Source of the DNA: a virus
Taxonomy: Duplodnaviria > Caudoviricetes
Reading direction: 5' to 3' (one strand)
Virus record (IMG/VR): IMGVR_UViG_3300049491_000841
Span: 1 to 55,328 of that record
Length of the DNA stretch: 55,328 bases
The notes under the pieces: generated by a model
The model's database searches: none
What the model was told of the DNA's origin: nothing
Seen by the model: the letters and a program-made list of their open reading frames with translations, nothing else
Position numbers and translations under genes: made by a program
In this document: piece after piece, positions 1-10,038 of the stretch
Position numbering within the stretch: the stretch's first letter is position 1
How the letters are laid out: each line of letters begins with the position of its first letter

Positions 1-127
1 TGTCCATTTTGGACAGAAGCTTACTGGAAAAGCCAAGGATTATTGGTTCTATCAAATGCGCGTTCTTCAAACGATGGCTCATTGTTTGGAACTCGATTAT
101 CACGCTTTCATTTTCACCCAGTATGAT
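1..127. repeat. Terminal direct repeat, left copy (assembly circularisation overlap)
   Basis: 1-127 is identical to 55202-55328; 127 nt matches a common assembler k-mer size. Confidence 0.95.
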
Positions 128-499
128 TCTATTTGTCTTGGAATGCTCCCTCGGATTTCGGCAGATAACAGCATTCATCGGTTTGCGTGCGGGCCTTCTC
201 CTGAGTTCGAATCAAAAATTGGATTACATCCACCTTGGTGCTTCGGATATGCGCGCTTGCAAGAATTTGTAAAAGCCGCTTACAGAGAACCGATGGAACT
301 CGAACACGGCATAATGGATCGTTGGATGCCCTGCGTTATGCAGCGCCATAAATTAAAGTATGATCCGTGCGAGTGGGCTTGGAGCGCCAATGCGATTGAT
401 ACTCCGTCTTTCGTTCTGTGCGCACGACAGGCCATCGCCAACGGGTGCCTGTTTGTGCATGGGGTCAAAAATAAACAGCAACTCGAATCAATTTTATGA
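1..499 (+). CDS. 3' part of junction-spanning putative glycosyltransferase-like protein (~213 aa, starts at GTG 55059)
   Basis: The frame of ORF 56..499 is continuous with an ORF opened at 55059; FIFTQYDSICL resembles a GT-A beta-strand plus DxD-like motif; lies next to another GT gene. Confidence 0.55.
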   Translation, partial: VHFGQKLTGKAKDYWFYQMRVLQTMAHCLELDYHAFIFTQYDSICLGMLPRISADNSIHRFACGPSPEFESKIGLHPPWCFGYARLQEFVKAAYREPMELEHGIMDRWMPCVMQRHKLKYDPCEWAWSANAIDTPSFVLCARQAIANGCLFVHGVKNKQQLESIL

Positions 500-744
500 A
501 TCGTCGCGCATTTCTGAAAGGCGGATTTTTAATTACGTCCATCAAGATTCCCATCGTCGAAAAACCAGGACCTTGGAAGCCAATGATATGTGAATCCGGG
601 TCAGATGAATATTCTTGCATCAAGAATGCGCAGGCCGAAGCCAATCGTTGCAATATCGAAGTGAGGTTCACTTTTAACTATCACCGCCATTATTGCGTTT
701 TCCCAGATTGCACATGGACAAAAACGGATGATTCATTGGCTTGA
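496..744 (+). CDS. Hypothetical protein with Tat-like N-terminus (MNRRAFLKG)
   Basis: ATGA overlap with upstream stop; RRxFLK motif but a weak hydrophobic segment. Confidence 0.5.
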   Translation: MNRRAFLKGGFLITSIKIPIVEKPGPWKPMICESGSDEYSCIKNAQAEANRCNIEVRFTFNYHRHYCVFPDCTWTKTDDSLA

Positions 745-1356
745 CTTTAATTCAGGCTGGTGTGTCGGTGGTTTGAATATTTTATCTCCTGTCCAGCCGC
801 GATTGACTCGTTCCCGTATCGTCGAGTCTCTCATTCCAAGCTGCCTTGACCACTGCGCAATCGTATGAGTTTCTCCGCGCCATTCGATCCATTTGTTTCG
901 ACGTGTGTTGTTCGATTGCTCTCCAATCGTTGACCATCGGCAATTAGCTGGGAAGTATCCTAGATTGTTATCAATGCGATCCAAGCTCAGGCCCGGCTTA
1001 TAGCTTTTGCCCATGTCTTTCAGAAATCCTGTGAAGTCCATCCATGACTCGCAAACCTTTATTCCGCGCGCGCCGTAATTGTGGAATTGCTGAGACTTTG
1101 GATTAAGGCAACGAGTTTTCATAGAGTTCCATGCGTGATAAATAGGATTATAGCCCGTACTCATGCCGTGCTTGGTGTGTGTATCTCGCTTCCAGCATCC
1201 GCACGATTTGACCCTCCCATTTCGCAATGGCCAACCTCTTACGTTTGTCTTGGTGCCGCATTCGCAAAGACATGCCCAGCCCTTTATTCGTCCGAGGTAT
1301 TCGATCACAGTTAATCTCTCGAATTTCTTACCGGTCAGGTCTTGTGAAGGTTTCAT
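733..1356 (-). CDS. HNH homing endonuclease-like protein
   Basis: DLTGKKFERLTV, CLCECG, SCGC, YGARGIKVC and LSLDRIDNNLGYFPANCRW motifs typical of phage HNH proteins; antisense to flanking genes. Confidence 0.85.
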   Translation of the reverse strand: MKPSQDLTGKKFERLTVIEYLGRIKGWACLCECGTKTNVRGWPLRNGRVKSCGCWKRDTHTKHGMSTGYNPIYHAWNSMKTRCLNPKSQQFHNYGARGIKVCESWMDFTGFLKDMGKSYKPGLSLDRIDNNLGYFPANCRWSTIGEQSNNTRRNKWIEWRGETHTIAQWSRQLGMRDSTIRERVNRGWTGDKIFKPPTHQPELKSSQ

Positions 1357-1638
1357 AAATGATTGACTTTTAACTAGAGACGGAGTAGTTCAAACGCAGA
1401 AAGCAGTCCCTGTTAGAAGCAGGACATAAATTTCGCCCACTGCGCGGTGACACGGATTTCGCTTCAGGCCGGACGTTTTCGATAACGTCAAAGTTGGTTC
1501 TTCAAAGGCCACAAGAACACCATTCGGAATGCGATCTGCCCAAATAGGGCACTTCCCATACTCCGGCACTTTAACAATTTGGTGCGGTGTGGCTGGCACT
1601 TCCATTCACTCTACACCTACAAATCGCAAATGTAAAGT

Positions 1639-2841
1639 ATGGCATGTGACCCAGTCATCGACTACCTCACGCAGGAATCGGGGCGCTATCTGGCTGACTT
1701 GATCGCCAGGCGCGTCTTTGGACAATCCCCTTGGCTAACCCTCATCCGCCGCGCTGAGTTCCCTGCCGCAATGGGCGAGACAATCTCGCGCCTGATCTAT
1801 GAGCGCATGGCTCCCGTCGTGGCGGAACCTGTCTGGCACGACATGGTTATTGAAGATGGTGCTGAAGGAGGTTTGTGCTTGCCGCCCGCCGAAACAATAG
1901 GCGTGGGATCAACCACATACAACTTCAATCTCAAGCGGCGAGTCATCAATGGACCTGACTTCTGCGCGGAAAACCTGCGCCCGAAGTTTAGCCTGATGCA
2001 GCAGCTAAACGACATCTCTGGAGTTCTGGCTGACTACATCACCATCGAATGGGAGATTCGAGATCGGCACGAGTACTTCCGCATGTGTAAGTACAAAGTC
2101 GTTCTCGATCAATGTGGAAGCTCCGCTACTTTCACAGACACAGTGGCTCAGACTTACCCGGCGGTTTGTCCTGGAGGCACTCTGGATCTCGGCACTCTCG
2201 CTTATTGGAGAATCCGGTTGTTTCGCGATGGCGCCGGACGGTCGGCGCTGATGAAGCTCAATGGCGCACCTCAGCTCACAGCCATTACTTCTGCGGAAGT
2301 TAGCGGAAATATCCTGCGGCTTAATCCTACGCTTCGTCAGGACTTGAATTACGCTTACATGGGATCGCAAATGGGATCACTCGTGCTGGCAGCCTTCGGC
2401 GTTAGCTATGCCCTCGGCGGGTTTGTTTTCATGGAAGATATGTTCCCGCGCCGTGGCGAATGCAATGGGGGTGTGTTCGCGCAAACGGCTGCATTCGAAC
2501 TCAAGAACGCGACCAAGGGGAAAAAGGCAGAAATTCGAGATGCCTGGCAGGTCGCCGGTGTCGAAGAGTCGTTTATTTTCGACCCGGAGGTTTTTGTTCA
2601 GCTCGTTCCCCGGCCTATTACAAACCCCGCTGCTCGATTCAACTTCGATCCAGTCAACTACACCGGCGACTGGGCTGCGCTAAACATCCCGGACAAGGTC
2701 TGCAACCCTCGCGGTCAAATCATCTTCCATCAGGCAATCATGGCGGCGTCATCGTCGCTTATGCACCCTGAACGAGGCGTGGCCTTCCTTCACTTGCGCT
2801 GCGACCCGCAATGCACGTTGCAGTTCTGCGGAAGCGTATAA
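1639..2841 (+). CDS. Major capsid protein
   Basis: 400 aa; follows portal, scaffold and GT genes and precedes virion genes; long non-coding leader. Confidence 0.75.
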   Translation: MACDPVIDYLTQESGRYLADLIARRVFGQSPWLTLIRRAEFPAAMGETISRLIYERMAPVVAEPVWHDMVIEDGAEGGLCLPPAETIGVGSTTYNFNLKRRVINGPDFCAENLRPKFSLMQQLNDISGVLADYITIEWEIRDRHEYFRMCKYKVVLDQCGSSATFTDTVAQTYPAVCPGGTLDLGTLAYWRIRLFRDGAGRSALMKLNGAPQLTAITSAEVSGNILRLNPTLRQDLNYAYMGSQMGSLVLAAFGVSYALGGFVFMEDMFPRRGECNGGVFAQTAAFELKNATKGKKAEIRDAWQVAGVEESFIFDPEVFVQLVPRPITNPAARFNFDPVNYTGDWAALNIPDKVCNPRGQIIFHQAIMAASSSLMHPERGVAFLHLRCDPQCTLQFCGSV

Positions 2842-2875
2842 ACCCACCCGACAAAACGATCAACTTTTTTGACCT

Positions 2876-3298
2876 ATGCCAGAAATTAACTCGTCTCAGC
2901 CGGTCTCGGTGGGATTTGCTACCACTGACGCCACCCAAGGCACAGCCGCCACATTTGACACGTCCTTTTGGACGGACGGATGTTTCACCGTATTAGCGAC
3001 CGTTACAGCTCGTGAAACCGTAGATAGCGATGAAGGCGCCGGTTATATATTGGCCGGAACCTTCCTACGCACTTCCGGAGTCACCACTCTTCTGGGATCC
3101 GTGACTGCTGTTCACACCGCTGAATCAACTGGTGGATGGGCCGCGACAATGGATGTGGATAGCGATGGCGACAATGTTCGCGTCCGGGTCACTGGTGCTA
3201 GTTCCACAGACATTAAGTGGCTCACCAAGATGGACGTTCAGGTCAATGACTTGACGCCATACAACGCGCTGGGTAACGGCGTGACATTCCCTCCATAA
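2876..3298 (+). CDS. Virion structural protein (decoration or fibre-like)
   Basis: Thr/Gly-rich beta protein directly after the MCP; C-terminal VRVRVTGASSTDIKW is typical of fibre/decoration domains. Confidence 0.5.
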   Translation: MPEINSSQPVSVGFATTDATQGTAATFDTSFWTDGCFTVLATVTARETVDSDEGAGYILAGTFLRTSGVTTLLGSVTAVHTAESTGGWAATMDVDSDGDNVRVRVTGASSTDIKWLTKMDVQVNDLTPYNALGNGVTFPP

Positions 3299-3307
3299 AT
3301 CATCGCG

Positions 3308-3345
3308 AATTTGGGCTTGGTTGTTTCGCTCGCCAGGCCCAAATT
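3308..3345 (+). terminator. 13-bp hairpin after the capsid genes (terminator or processing site)
   Basis: AATTTGGGCTTGG pairs with CCAGGCCCAAATT (one G-U); only a short T tail. Confidence 0.5.
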
Positions 3346-3352
3346 TAACCAA

Positions 3353-3757
3353 ATGACACGCGATGTCCTGGTTGCGAATGCAGTCGCGCACGGGTTCACA
3401 GGTGTTGAAGCCACTGTTCGCGATGCGATCATTCTCGAACTGCTATGGTTTATTCAAGGAGGCACCATGACCAAGGCGCAGTTGCTTCAGGCCGCTTATA
3501 CTGACGGATTCACAGGAGTTGAACCTGTCATGCGGGATGCCTTGATTTTGGAGCTGCTCTTTCAAATCCTAAGCGGAGGCGGAGGCGGTGGGGGCGGAAA
3601 TGTTTTCGGTCTTGGTGCCAATTACGGATTCTGCGGCGCTTTTCCGAGTCAGGTGTTGATGATAAAAAACCTCGATACTGGACTGCTTAACAGGATCGAT
3701 ACCGTTGGAGCTGATCCGGTAGTTGGTCCTAAATTTGGAGATGGCTCTACCTGCTGA
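3353..3757 (+). CDS. Structural protein with tandem 38-aa repeat and poly-Gly linker
   Basis: Two copies of MT..(V/Q)L...A...GFTGVE...RDA.ILELL, then a Gly run; start chosen at ATG 3353. Confidence 0.6.
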   Translation: MTRDVLVANAVAHGFTGVEATVRDAIILELLWFIQGGTMTKAQLLQAAYTDGFTGVEPVMRDALILELLFQILSGGGGGGGGNVFGLGANYGFCGAFPSQVLMIKNLDTGLLNRIDTVGADPVVGPKFGDGSTC

Positions 3758-5115
3758 TGAATACGCTTCCGCTATCCGCTGAATGTTGCCCTCCCTGTTG
3801 CGACACTGAGACAGTCTCAGTGCCAGGGCCGAAAGGCGATCCCGGTGCTGATTGCACTCCCTGCGAAAACGGTATTGATGCTTTCACACTGAGCGTTGAC
3901 AGCTTCGATATGCCAGGGCTGGAGGGCGACACACCTTCGATTGAAGTTCTCGATTCGCGATGGATGGTTTCAGGACAAATCGTTTATGTCGAGAGCGCCG
4001 GTTGGTTTCGAGTACTTTCCAAAGCCGATTCCACTCATGTAGTTCTTCGAAATCTTGAAACAGCAGGAGGCAGGTACGACGAGAACGCTGCTCCAGGCAC
4101 TCCCATCGCGCCAGGCCAGGCGATCTCCCCTGGAGGCTTGCAAGGCCAGGATGGCACAAATGGCACTGACGGCACAAACGGCACCAATGGGATCGACGCC
4201 TTCACGGTTACAACTGCTGACTTCACTCAACCTGACGGAACAGGAGGAACTCCGAGCGTAGTTGTCGAGGTTGCGAGCAGTCTCTGGATTGGAGTTGGTC
4301 AAATCATCTACGTTCAAGGCGGAGGCTACTACGTAGTGACTGCGCTTACAGATCCAACGCACGTCACGCTTTTGAATCTGGAGGACGGAAGCGGCGCTTA
4401 TAGCGGGAACTCCGCCCCTGGAAACACTGTAAGCGCAGGATCAAATGTAACCGCTGGAGGACTTCAAGGGCCATCTGCATCAGGAGCGGTAAATGCCTCG
4501 ACAGCTCTTCTCTCCGACGTGCAAGCCAGTGGGGATCCTTCTCAGACCCCTGCATTTGGAAGCTGGCAGACACTGGAGTTCAACACCGTGCTCGATCCTG
4601 ACAGCATGTTTGTTGTCGCTGCGGGGAACCAGTTTGAGCTTCTTCCGGGACGTTACGCAATCAGCGGATTGCTTTGCGGAGAGCAATGCCAGATGCGTAC
4701 CCGCATCCAGCGAATAGGCGATGCGACAACGGTGTTGCGAGGAATCCAAATTCACACATTCAATAATGCGGGATCGGTCGTAAGCATAAACGGATGGATA
4801 GATGCTAGCGCGGGTGATCTATTTGAATGGCAGTACTACTCGATCAACGATGGCGGTGGTGCTACAAATCTTGGTCTTCCGATGGCCACCGGCGACACTG
4901 AAATCTACAAAACTCTACAATTCACGCGCCTGTCAACTGGCCCGGCATTCATTGGAGATGTATCGGCTGAAGGCGACAACTATTGCTTCCACGGAACACC
5001 TCCCAACCAGATTCTTAAGCTTACCAACCTTTCCACCGGCTTGTTCAATCAGATCAATTCTTTTGGCATGGACGGAGTTCAAGATGTGACCTTGGATGTA
5101 GGAGGACCTTGTTAA
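3757..5115 (+). CDS. Fibre protein with collagen-like triplets and internal domain duplication
   Basis: GPKGDPGAD and GQDGTNGTDGTNGTNG triplets; duplicated GIDAFT...GQI.YV...THV.L.NLE...GGLQG domain. Confidence 0.65.
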   Translation: MNTLPLSAECCPPCCDTETVSVPGPKGDPGADCTPCENGIDAFTLSVDSFDMPGLEGDTPSIEVLDSRWMVSGQIVYVESAGWFRVLSKADSTHVVLRNLETAGGRYDENAAPGTPIAPGQAISPGGLQGQDGTNGTDGTNGTNGIDAFTVTTADFTQPDGTGGTPSVVVEVASSLWIGVGQIIYVQGGGYYVVTALTDPTHVTLLNLEDGSGAYSGNSAPGNTVSAGSNVTAGGLQGPSASGAVNASTALLSDVQASGDPSQTPAFGSWQTLEFNTVLDPDSMFVVAAGNQFELLPGRYAISGLLCGEQCQMRTRIQRIGDATTVLRGIQIHTFNNAGSVVSINGWIDASAGDLFEWQYYSINDGGGATNLGLPMATGDTEIYKTLQFTRLSTGPAFIGDVSAEGDNYCFHGTPPNQILKLTNLSTGLFNQINSFGMDGVQDVTLDVGGPC

Positions 5116-7530
5116 ATGTCTGTTCGTGCCACGGCACTTTCGAGCGATGGATTCCAGGTAATTTCGAAAGGCGTCCAAAGTGGGCTTCCGCCCAACACGC
5201 TCCCTCGTGATCAACTGGCGTGGCTGGTCAATGGCACAACGCGCAACGGGTTCCCTCGCCAGCGTCCAGGCTGGTCCAAGCGCGCGCTGACCGGCGATGC
5301 CATCACGACCGGTCTCTTCCAAGGCGCAGGGATATTCAAGCACGCCAATGAGCTTGTTCTCTCTCGCGCAGGGAGAATTTACGCAATCAACCTGTCTTCT
5401 TACGTCGTTCGCGAACTCACTGATCCCGCTGATCGCAACTCGCCAATCCTTCGCCGGGCCTGGTTCTGCGAAGGAGCGGGTTTCGAATTCGTTCAGGACA
5501 ATCAGGCAAAGTGCTTGATTTACGATGGCGCAAATATGCGCCGCTCCGACCCATCGCTCTTGCAGGTCCCTACTGGTTCTTGCATGGCTTACGCCAGCGG
5601 GAGGCTTTGGGTTACGTTGCCGGGGGCGGTCACCTACGCAGGCAGCGATCTGGTCTATGGAGATAGCGGTACCGCCGCCTACGGGCGCAGGGACGCAATC
5701 ACATTTTTCAAAGAGAACGTTCTTTACAGTGGCGGAGGAGCTTTCGGAATTCCATTCGACGCGGGCGAAATCACAGCGATGGTGCCACTCGCACAAACTG
5801 ACACTTCGCTGGGTCAAGGGCCTCTTCAAGTGTTTACTACAGGAGGTGCTTTCTCGGTTAACGCGCCGTTTGACCGCGCTACCTGGGCACTGGTGACGTT
5901 TCCAGTGCAATCTGCCTCGCTTCTCGGCGCTGGATTTCTCTCCGACTGGGCAGCCAACAACGTCAACGGTGACATTTGGGGTCGAGCGGTGGACGGAGTT
6001 CGTTCGTTCCAGGTCGCCCGCCGCGATTTCGGAACTTGGGTTAACGCGCCTTTCTCACAGGAAGTAACTCGTGCCCTCGAAAACGACACTCGCGACTTTC
6101 TTGGCTGGTCTAGCGGAGCGCTTTTTGACAATCGCCGGATTCAAACCATAGCGCCTTACAGTGACTACGATAACGGCATCCTGCACCGAGGACTTGTCGT
6201 GCTCGACTTTTACCCGCTGGGAGGCATGGCTTCTCACGTCTCCGCGCCTGTTTGGGATGGTGAATGGAGCGGCCTGCCGATCCTTCAGGTGCTTGGCGCG
6301 GTCATAAACGGCCAGGAACGTTGTTTTATCATCGCTTTAGGTGCTGGCGAAGACATTCAGCTTTGGGAAATTAGTCGTGATTCAAACTATGACAACGATG
6401 GTGCAACTGATCGGCATATCTCCTGGCAAATTGAAGGCGCATCCTATAACTGGCCTGATGCAGGTTGGGGCCTTAAGCAGCTAGAGTTTGGGGATACTTG
6501 GTATGATCAACTTCAGGATGAGGTTACTTTCAGTCTTTATTTTCGGCCAGATCAAGAACCTTGCTGGCAAGAATGGCATTCGTGGAGTTCCTGCGCAGTG
6601 AATAAGACCTGCGAAAACCCGGTTGATCCTGACACCGGGTGCGCGTCGGCACCTCCAAATTTGCAACCGCAGTATCGAGTGCGACACAAGTTTCCTCAAT
6701 TAGTCAACGTCTGTAATCCAATTACCGGAAAGCCTTATCGCCGTGGATACGAGTTTCAACCCCGCCTGGCTATTCAAGGCCCATGTAGGATCAAGAAGTT
6801 CCGCCTGTGGGCCAGCGACGTTCCAGAAGAGCCGGTCGGTGGATGCCTCGATGACAGCGTGTGCAAGACGCTTGACTGTTGCCTTCCTGATCCTCTCAGC
6901 TACATGATCGAAGACTTGGGTTGCCAAGGATCTCCAAACATTGAGTCGTTTGCAGTTGATCCAGAGGAAATCAACATAGGCGATTCCGCTCTGATTTCTT
7001 GGGGTGCAATTACAAATTCCAGCTCAGCTTCTATCGATCAAGGAATTGGATCAGTCACCACCAGTCCTGGATCTGTATCCGTCAGTCCAACGGTAACGAC
7101 TACTTACACTATTTCTGTGCAATGCGGTGCTTCCATTGTAACTCGTTCTGTTACAGTTTTCGTTGATCAAGTTCCACCTCCTGTGCCACCGGTTGTTTAT
7201 GTGCCGGACGATGGCCTTCCTGCAATGTCTTGCAGTCCATCCGTATTTGAATGGCCCTGGCTTGAAACTGAACATTTTGTGCGTTATCCGAGCAGCGGAA
7301 ATCATGCAGATGATCCGAATTCGATCCTCGATCCTGATCTAATCTCTTGGTGGGCTTCTCAAGTTGAAGCGGCTTTTCTTGCGGAGATAACAACCAGCAC
7401 ATCGCACACCCTTTTTTGGCAATGGTCTGAAGCGAGTGATTCCTGGAATGCCTTCCAACTGTGGAGCACTGGATCTCACATTCACTACATAAGTCCAGGC
7501 TGGACAATCGCTGTGGCTTACTGCGAATAG
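5116..7530 (+). CDS. Tail nozzle / DNA stabilisation protein (P22 gp10 or T7 gp12-like) with C-terminal Ig-like extension
   Basis: 804 aa beta-rich; N-terminal LVNGTTRNGFPRQRPGW pattern; position in podovirus tail block. Confidence 0.6.
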   Translation: MSVRATALSSDGFQVISKGVQSGLPPNTLPRDQLAWLVNGTTRNGFPRQRPGWSKRALTGDAITTGLFQGAGIFKHANELVLSRAGRIYAINLSSYVVRELTDPADRNSPILRRAWFCEGAGFEFVQDNQAKCLIYDGANMRRSDPSLLQVPTGSCMAYASGRLWVTLPGAVTYAGSDLVYGDSGTAAYGRRDAITFFKENVLYSGGGAFGIPFDAGEITAMVPLAQTDTSLGQGPLQVFTTGGAFSVNAPFDRATWALVTFPVQSASLLGAGFLSDWAANNVNGDIWGRAVDGVRSFQVARRDFGTWVNAPFSQEVTRALENDTRDFLGWSSGALFDNRRIQTIAPYSDYDNGILHRGLVVLDFYPLGGMASHVSAPVWDGEWSGLPILQVLGAVINGQERCFIIALGAGEDIQLWEISRDSNYDNDGATDRHISWQIEGASYNWPDAGWGLKQLEFGDTWYDQLQDEVTFSLYFRPDQEPCWQEWHSWSSCAVNKTCENPVDPDTGCASAPPNLQPQYRVRHKFPQLVNVCNPITGKPYRRGYEFQPRLAIQGPCRIKKFRLWASDVPEEPVGGCLDDSVCKTLDCCLPDPLSYMIEDLGCQGSPNIESFAVDPEEINIGDSALISWGAITNSSSASIDQGIGSVTTSPGSVSVSPTVTTTYTISVQCGASIVTRSVTVFVDQVPPPVPPVVYVPDDGLPAMSCSPSVFEWPWLETEHFVRYPSSGNHADDPNSILDPDLISWWASQVEAAFLAEITTSTSHTLFWQWSEASDSWNAFQLWSTGSHIHYISPGWTIAVAYCE

Positions 7531-7575
7531 TAACGCTCGACTTATTCGGTCATCTGGCGTAATGAGTAGAGCAGC

Positions 7576-8331
7576 ATGGATTTCCGATTAACCACGCCTG
7601 TTCTCGACCAAAACTGCTGGCCAGCGCTTCCTCAGAGCTTCGTCAACGAGATTTTTGGAAAAACCCGCGGTCAACTGGAAGATCTGGTTGGTGTTATTGC
7701 GAGTCAAACCACTCCATCACCTGCCGACCGCAACAAGCTCTGGGTCAAGCTCGACGGGAGCGACAATCCAATCGGAAGGTTCTTTTACGGTAACGGCGTG
7801 GCGGCATGGGTATGGCCTTACGACGACGACGCGCGAAAGTTGATCCCAGGCGAACGCAGGATCTGGCTGGGTGATCCTGCTGCCATCCCAACACTGGGCG
7901 GTGGCACCGCTGGCCCAGTTACACTTTCCACCGGACCATTCTGGGAAATTGATACGCCTTTGTTTGACGGACGTGTACCGATGGGCGTAGGAGCTATTCC
8001 TGGGGCAGTTCCGGCGCATTCGCTAACCAGTGGCGAGCAGTACGGAGAAGCCGCACACTTGCAGTTGGCCGACGAAGTTGGTCCTCATCCTCATCCGCTT
8101 GCAACTGACACGTCCTTGATGAACGCGGACGGCTCAGTCAACGTGAATAATACTGGATCAACAGGCCCAGGATTGTTCATCGGTCTCACGGGCGACTTCA
8201 CGACTCCGCTATCCGTGCAAAACAATGAGTACACCGACCCGGTTGCTGGTCAGCAAAAGATTCCAATCATTCCACCAACGGTGGGTGTTTATTTTCTGAA
8301 ACGCACGATTCGAATTTTTCTTCAAGGATGA
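7576..8331 (+). CDS. Tail protein with collar-like region
   Basis: GRVPMGVG...GEAAHLQLADEVGPHPH...IIPPTVGVYFLKR resembles the tail-collar/short-fibre signature. Confidence 0.55.
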   Translation: MDFRLTTPVLDQNCWPALPQSFVNEIFGKTRGQLEDLVGVIASQTTPSPADRNKLWVKLDGSDNPIGRFFYGNGVAAWVWPYDDDARKLIPGERRIWLGDPAAIPTLGGGTAGPVTLSTGPFWEIDTPLFDGRVPMGVGAIPGAVPAHSLTSGEQYGEAAHLQLADEVGPHPHPLATDTSLMNADGSVNVNNTGSTGPGLFIGLTGDFTTPLSVQNNEYTDPVAGQQKIPIIPPTVGVYFLKRTIRIFLQG

Positions 8332-8855
8332 ACATGGTTCCATCCAATTCCATTCGCAATTCTTCTGGCGGCTGCTCGGCATATTCCAAACTTGGCAGCG
8401 AACGAAGATTTTTCCTTGTATGGAATCTTATCATATCTATCTCGGATAGCTGCTACGTCTTTTTCAGTGAGCTTAGACCTTGGGGATTCTTCACCTCTCC
8501 TGACGGTAAGGAATTTAAAACGACCTCGGCGAATGGCATCGTGCATATTCATTTTTTGAGTGCCTTCATAAAGGTGGTGAGGATTTCCGCAAAGCACATT
8601 GTCACACTTATGGCAAATGCGTGCTCCTGGTTTTATCTGTCCATAAAACGATTTCCAAATCGCCTTATGGAACGGCTGTTGCAAACCTTTGTAGCAAATC
8701 GTGGGGTAGTAACACCCTTTGTGAATTTTCGCTCCGATTATAGGCCAGCATTCATTGACGGTCTTTCTATCAATCCTTTTCCACAACCTAAAGTCTGCCG
8801 TAGCGAGCTTTTGTTTTTGTTGCGATTGTATGCCTCTACGTCCAAGTGCAAGCAT
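8322..8855 (-). CDS. HNH endonuclease (HNH_3-type) with C-terminal HTH
   Basis: ECW, ICHKCDNVLCGNPHHLYEGTQKMNMHD, GEESPRSKLTEKDV; the 390-aa track ORF is over-extended, likely start ATG 8855. Confidence 0.85.
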   Translation of the reverse strand: MLALGRRGIQSQQKQKLATADFRLWKRIDRKTVNECWPIIGAKIHKGCYYPTICYKGLQQPFHKAIWKSFYGQIKPGARICHKCDNVLCGNPHHLYEGTQKMNMHDAIRRGRFKFLTVRRGEESPRSKLTEKDVAAIRDRYDKIPYKEKSSFAAKFGICRAAARRIANGIGWNHVHP

Positions 8856-8933
8856 GGCTTCGCGATTGAGTTTCCAGCGCAGCGTCATTCGTTCGGATTG
8901 ATTCATGGTTAGCCAATAACACAAACGAACAAT

Positions 8934-10025
8934 ATGCGCAACCTGGTTTTCAAAGCTGTCTCCCCCATCGTCTCCCGCGGCACTGGCATCTGCGACCGCT
9001 CCGCCCTGCTTGACATCACAAACGAGGCTCAAGAACGTTTGCTCAACCGTAAAGACGCTCCTGTCGGTGCGCTCGTCCCATATCGCTTTTGTAGCAAAGA
9101 ACACTGTCTCGTGCTTCCCCGCCAGGTCGTCGCCGTGGAAGGATACAGCGTCTGCGGAGTTCCAGGAACAGTTCTTCCTGTCTGGTACACCCACCACGCT
9201 AATGGCCCTGGCGCCGTCTGTCACTTGAGCGGCTGCGGCGGACGAGCCATCGACCAAGGCACCGTTGTCTCTTTCGAGAACGTTCACGGAAACACCGATG
9301 GCACTGGAAACTATATTCGAGTTTATGCTCAGTCCTCCACCGACGTCGGCAAGCGGATTATCCTGAAGTACTACCGCGCCGACACGCGCGCTCCGCAGTA
9401 CACCAGCTATGACGGCGCCGTGCAGGAAGGTGAGGCGATCACGTTGGTCGCTCCGCCATCCTACGCCATCACCACGAGGACTGTTATGCGCCAAGGTCTT
9501 TATGGAGCGGTGAAGGACATCACGGAGTATCCGATAAATCTCTACGAATACAACGGTCTTATCAACCTCCGTATGCTGGCGTGGTACGAACCTGGCGAGA
9601 CGATTCCGATATACCGGAAGATGTACCTTCCTGGCCTCTCAAACGTAGGTTCTTGCAACAACAACTGCGGCGAGGACTGTCCGCCACCCGACCCGGACGA
9701 AACCTGTGTGCGCGTCACCGTGGATGCCTTGGTCAAGCTTCAGCACATCCCAGTTATCCAGGACAACGACCCTCTGGTCATCGGCAATACTGCTGCGCTA
9801 AAGCTTATGGCGATGGCTATCCAGCGCGAGGAACAGGAGCGGTTCACAGAGTCTGCCGCGTTCGAGGCAAAAGCAATGGCTGAACTGGAAGGAGAACGAG
9901 CCAGCTATCTTGGCGCGTCAACTGTCATGGCCCTGCAAGTCCAGGATCGCACTACCTTTGGCGTGGCCGGAGGTGACGAATATGGTGGCTTCTACGGCGG
10001 GTCCTGGTGGGGAGGTGTCTGGTGA
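8934..10025 (+). CDS. Putative head-tail adaptor / tail tubular protein A
   Basis: N-terminal helix ITNEAQERLLN and C-terminal helix ALKLMAMA...AMAELEGE; position in the tail block. Confidence 0.5.
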   Translation: MRNLVFKAVSPIVSRGTGICDRSALLDITNEAQERLLNRKDAPVGALVPYRFCSKEHCLVLPRQVVAVEGYSVCGVPGTVLPVWYTHHANGPGAVCHLSGCGGRAIDQGTVVSFENVHGNTDGTGNYIRVYAQSSTDVGKRIILKYYRADTRAPQYTSYDGAVQEGEAITLVAPPSYAITTRTVMRQGLYGAVKDITEYPINLYEYNGLINLRMLAWYEPGETIPIYRKMYLPGLSNVGSCNNNCGEDCPPPDPDETCVRVTVDALVKLQHIPVIQDNDPLVIGNTAALKLMAMAIQREEQERFTESAAFEAKAMAELEGERASYLGASTVMALQVQDRTTFGVAGGDEYGGFYGGSWWGGVW

Positions 10026-10038
10026 GTAAGGAGGCTTT

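Noticed and set aside
1-127. Biological terminal repeat
   Set aside because: The length equals a common assembler k-mer and the repeat falls inside a gene, so it is a circularisation overlap
4933-5910. 325-aa minus-strand ORF and similar long antisense ORFs
   Set aside because: Shadows of well-supported + strand structural genes, with no motifs
8856-9494. N-terminal 213 aa of the 390-aa minus-strand ORF
   Set aside because: Largely the antisense shadow of the adaptor gene; only the HNH part is credible
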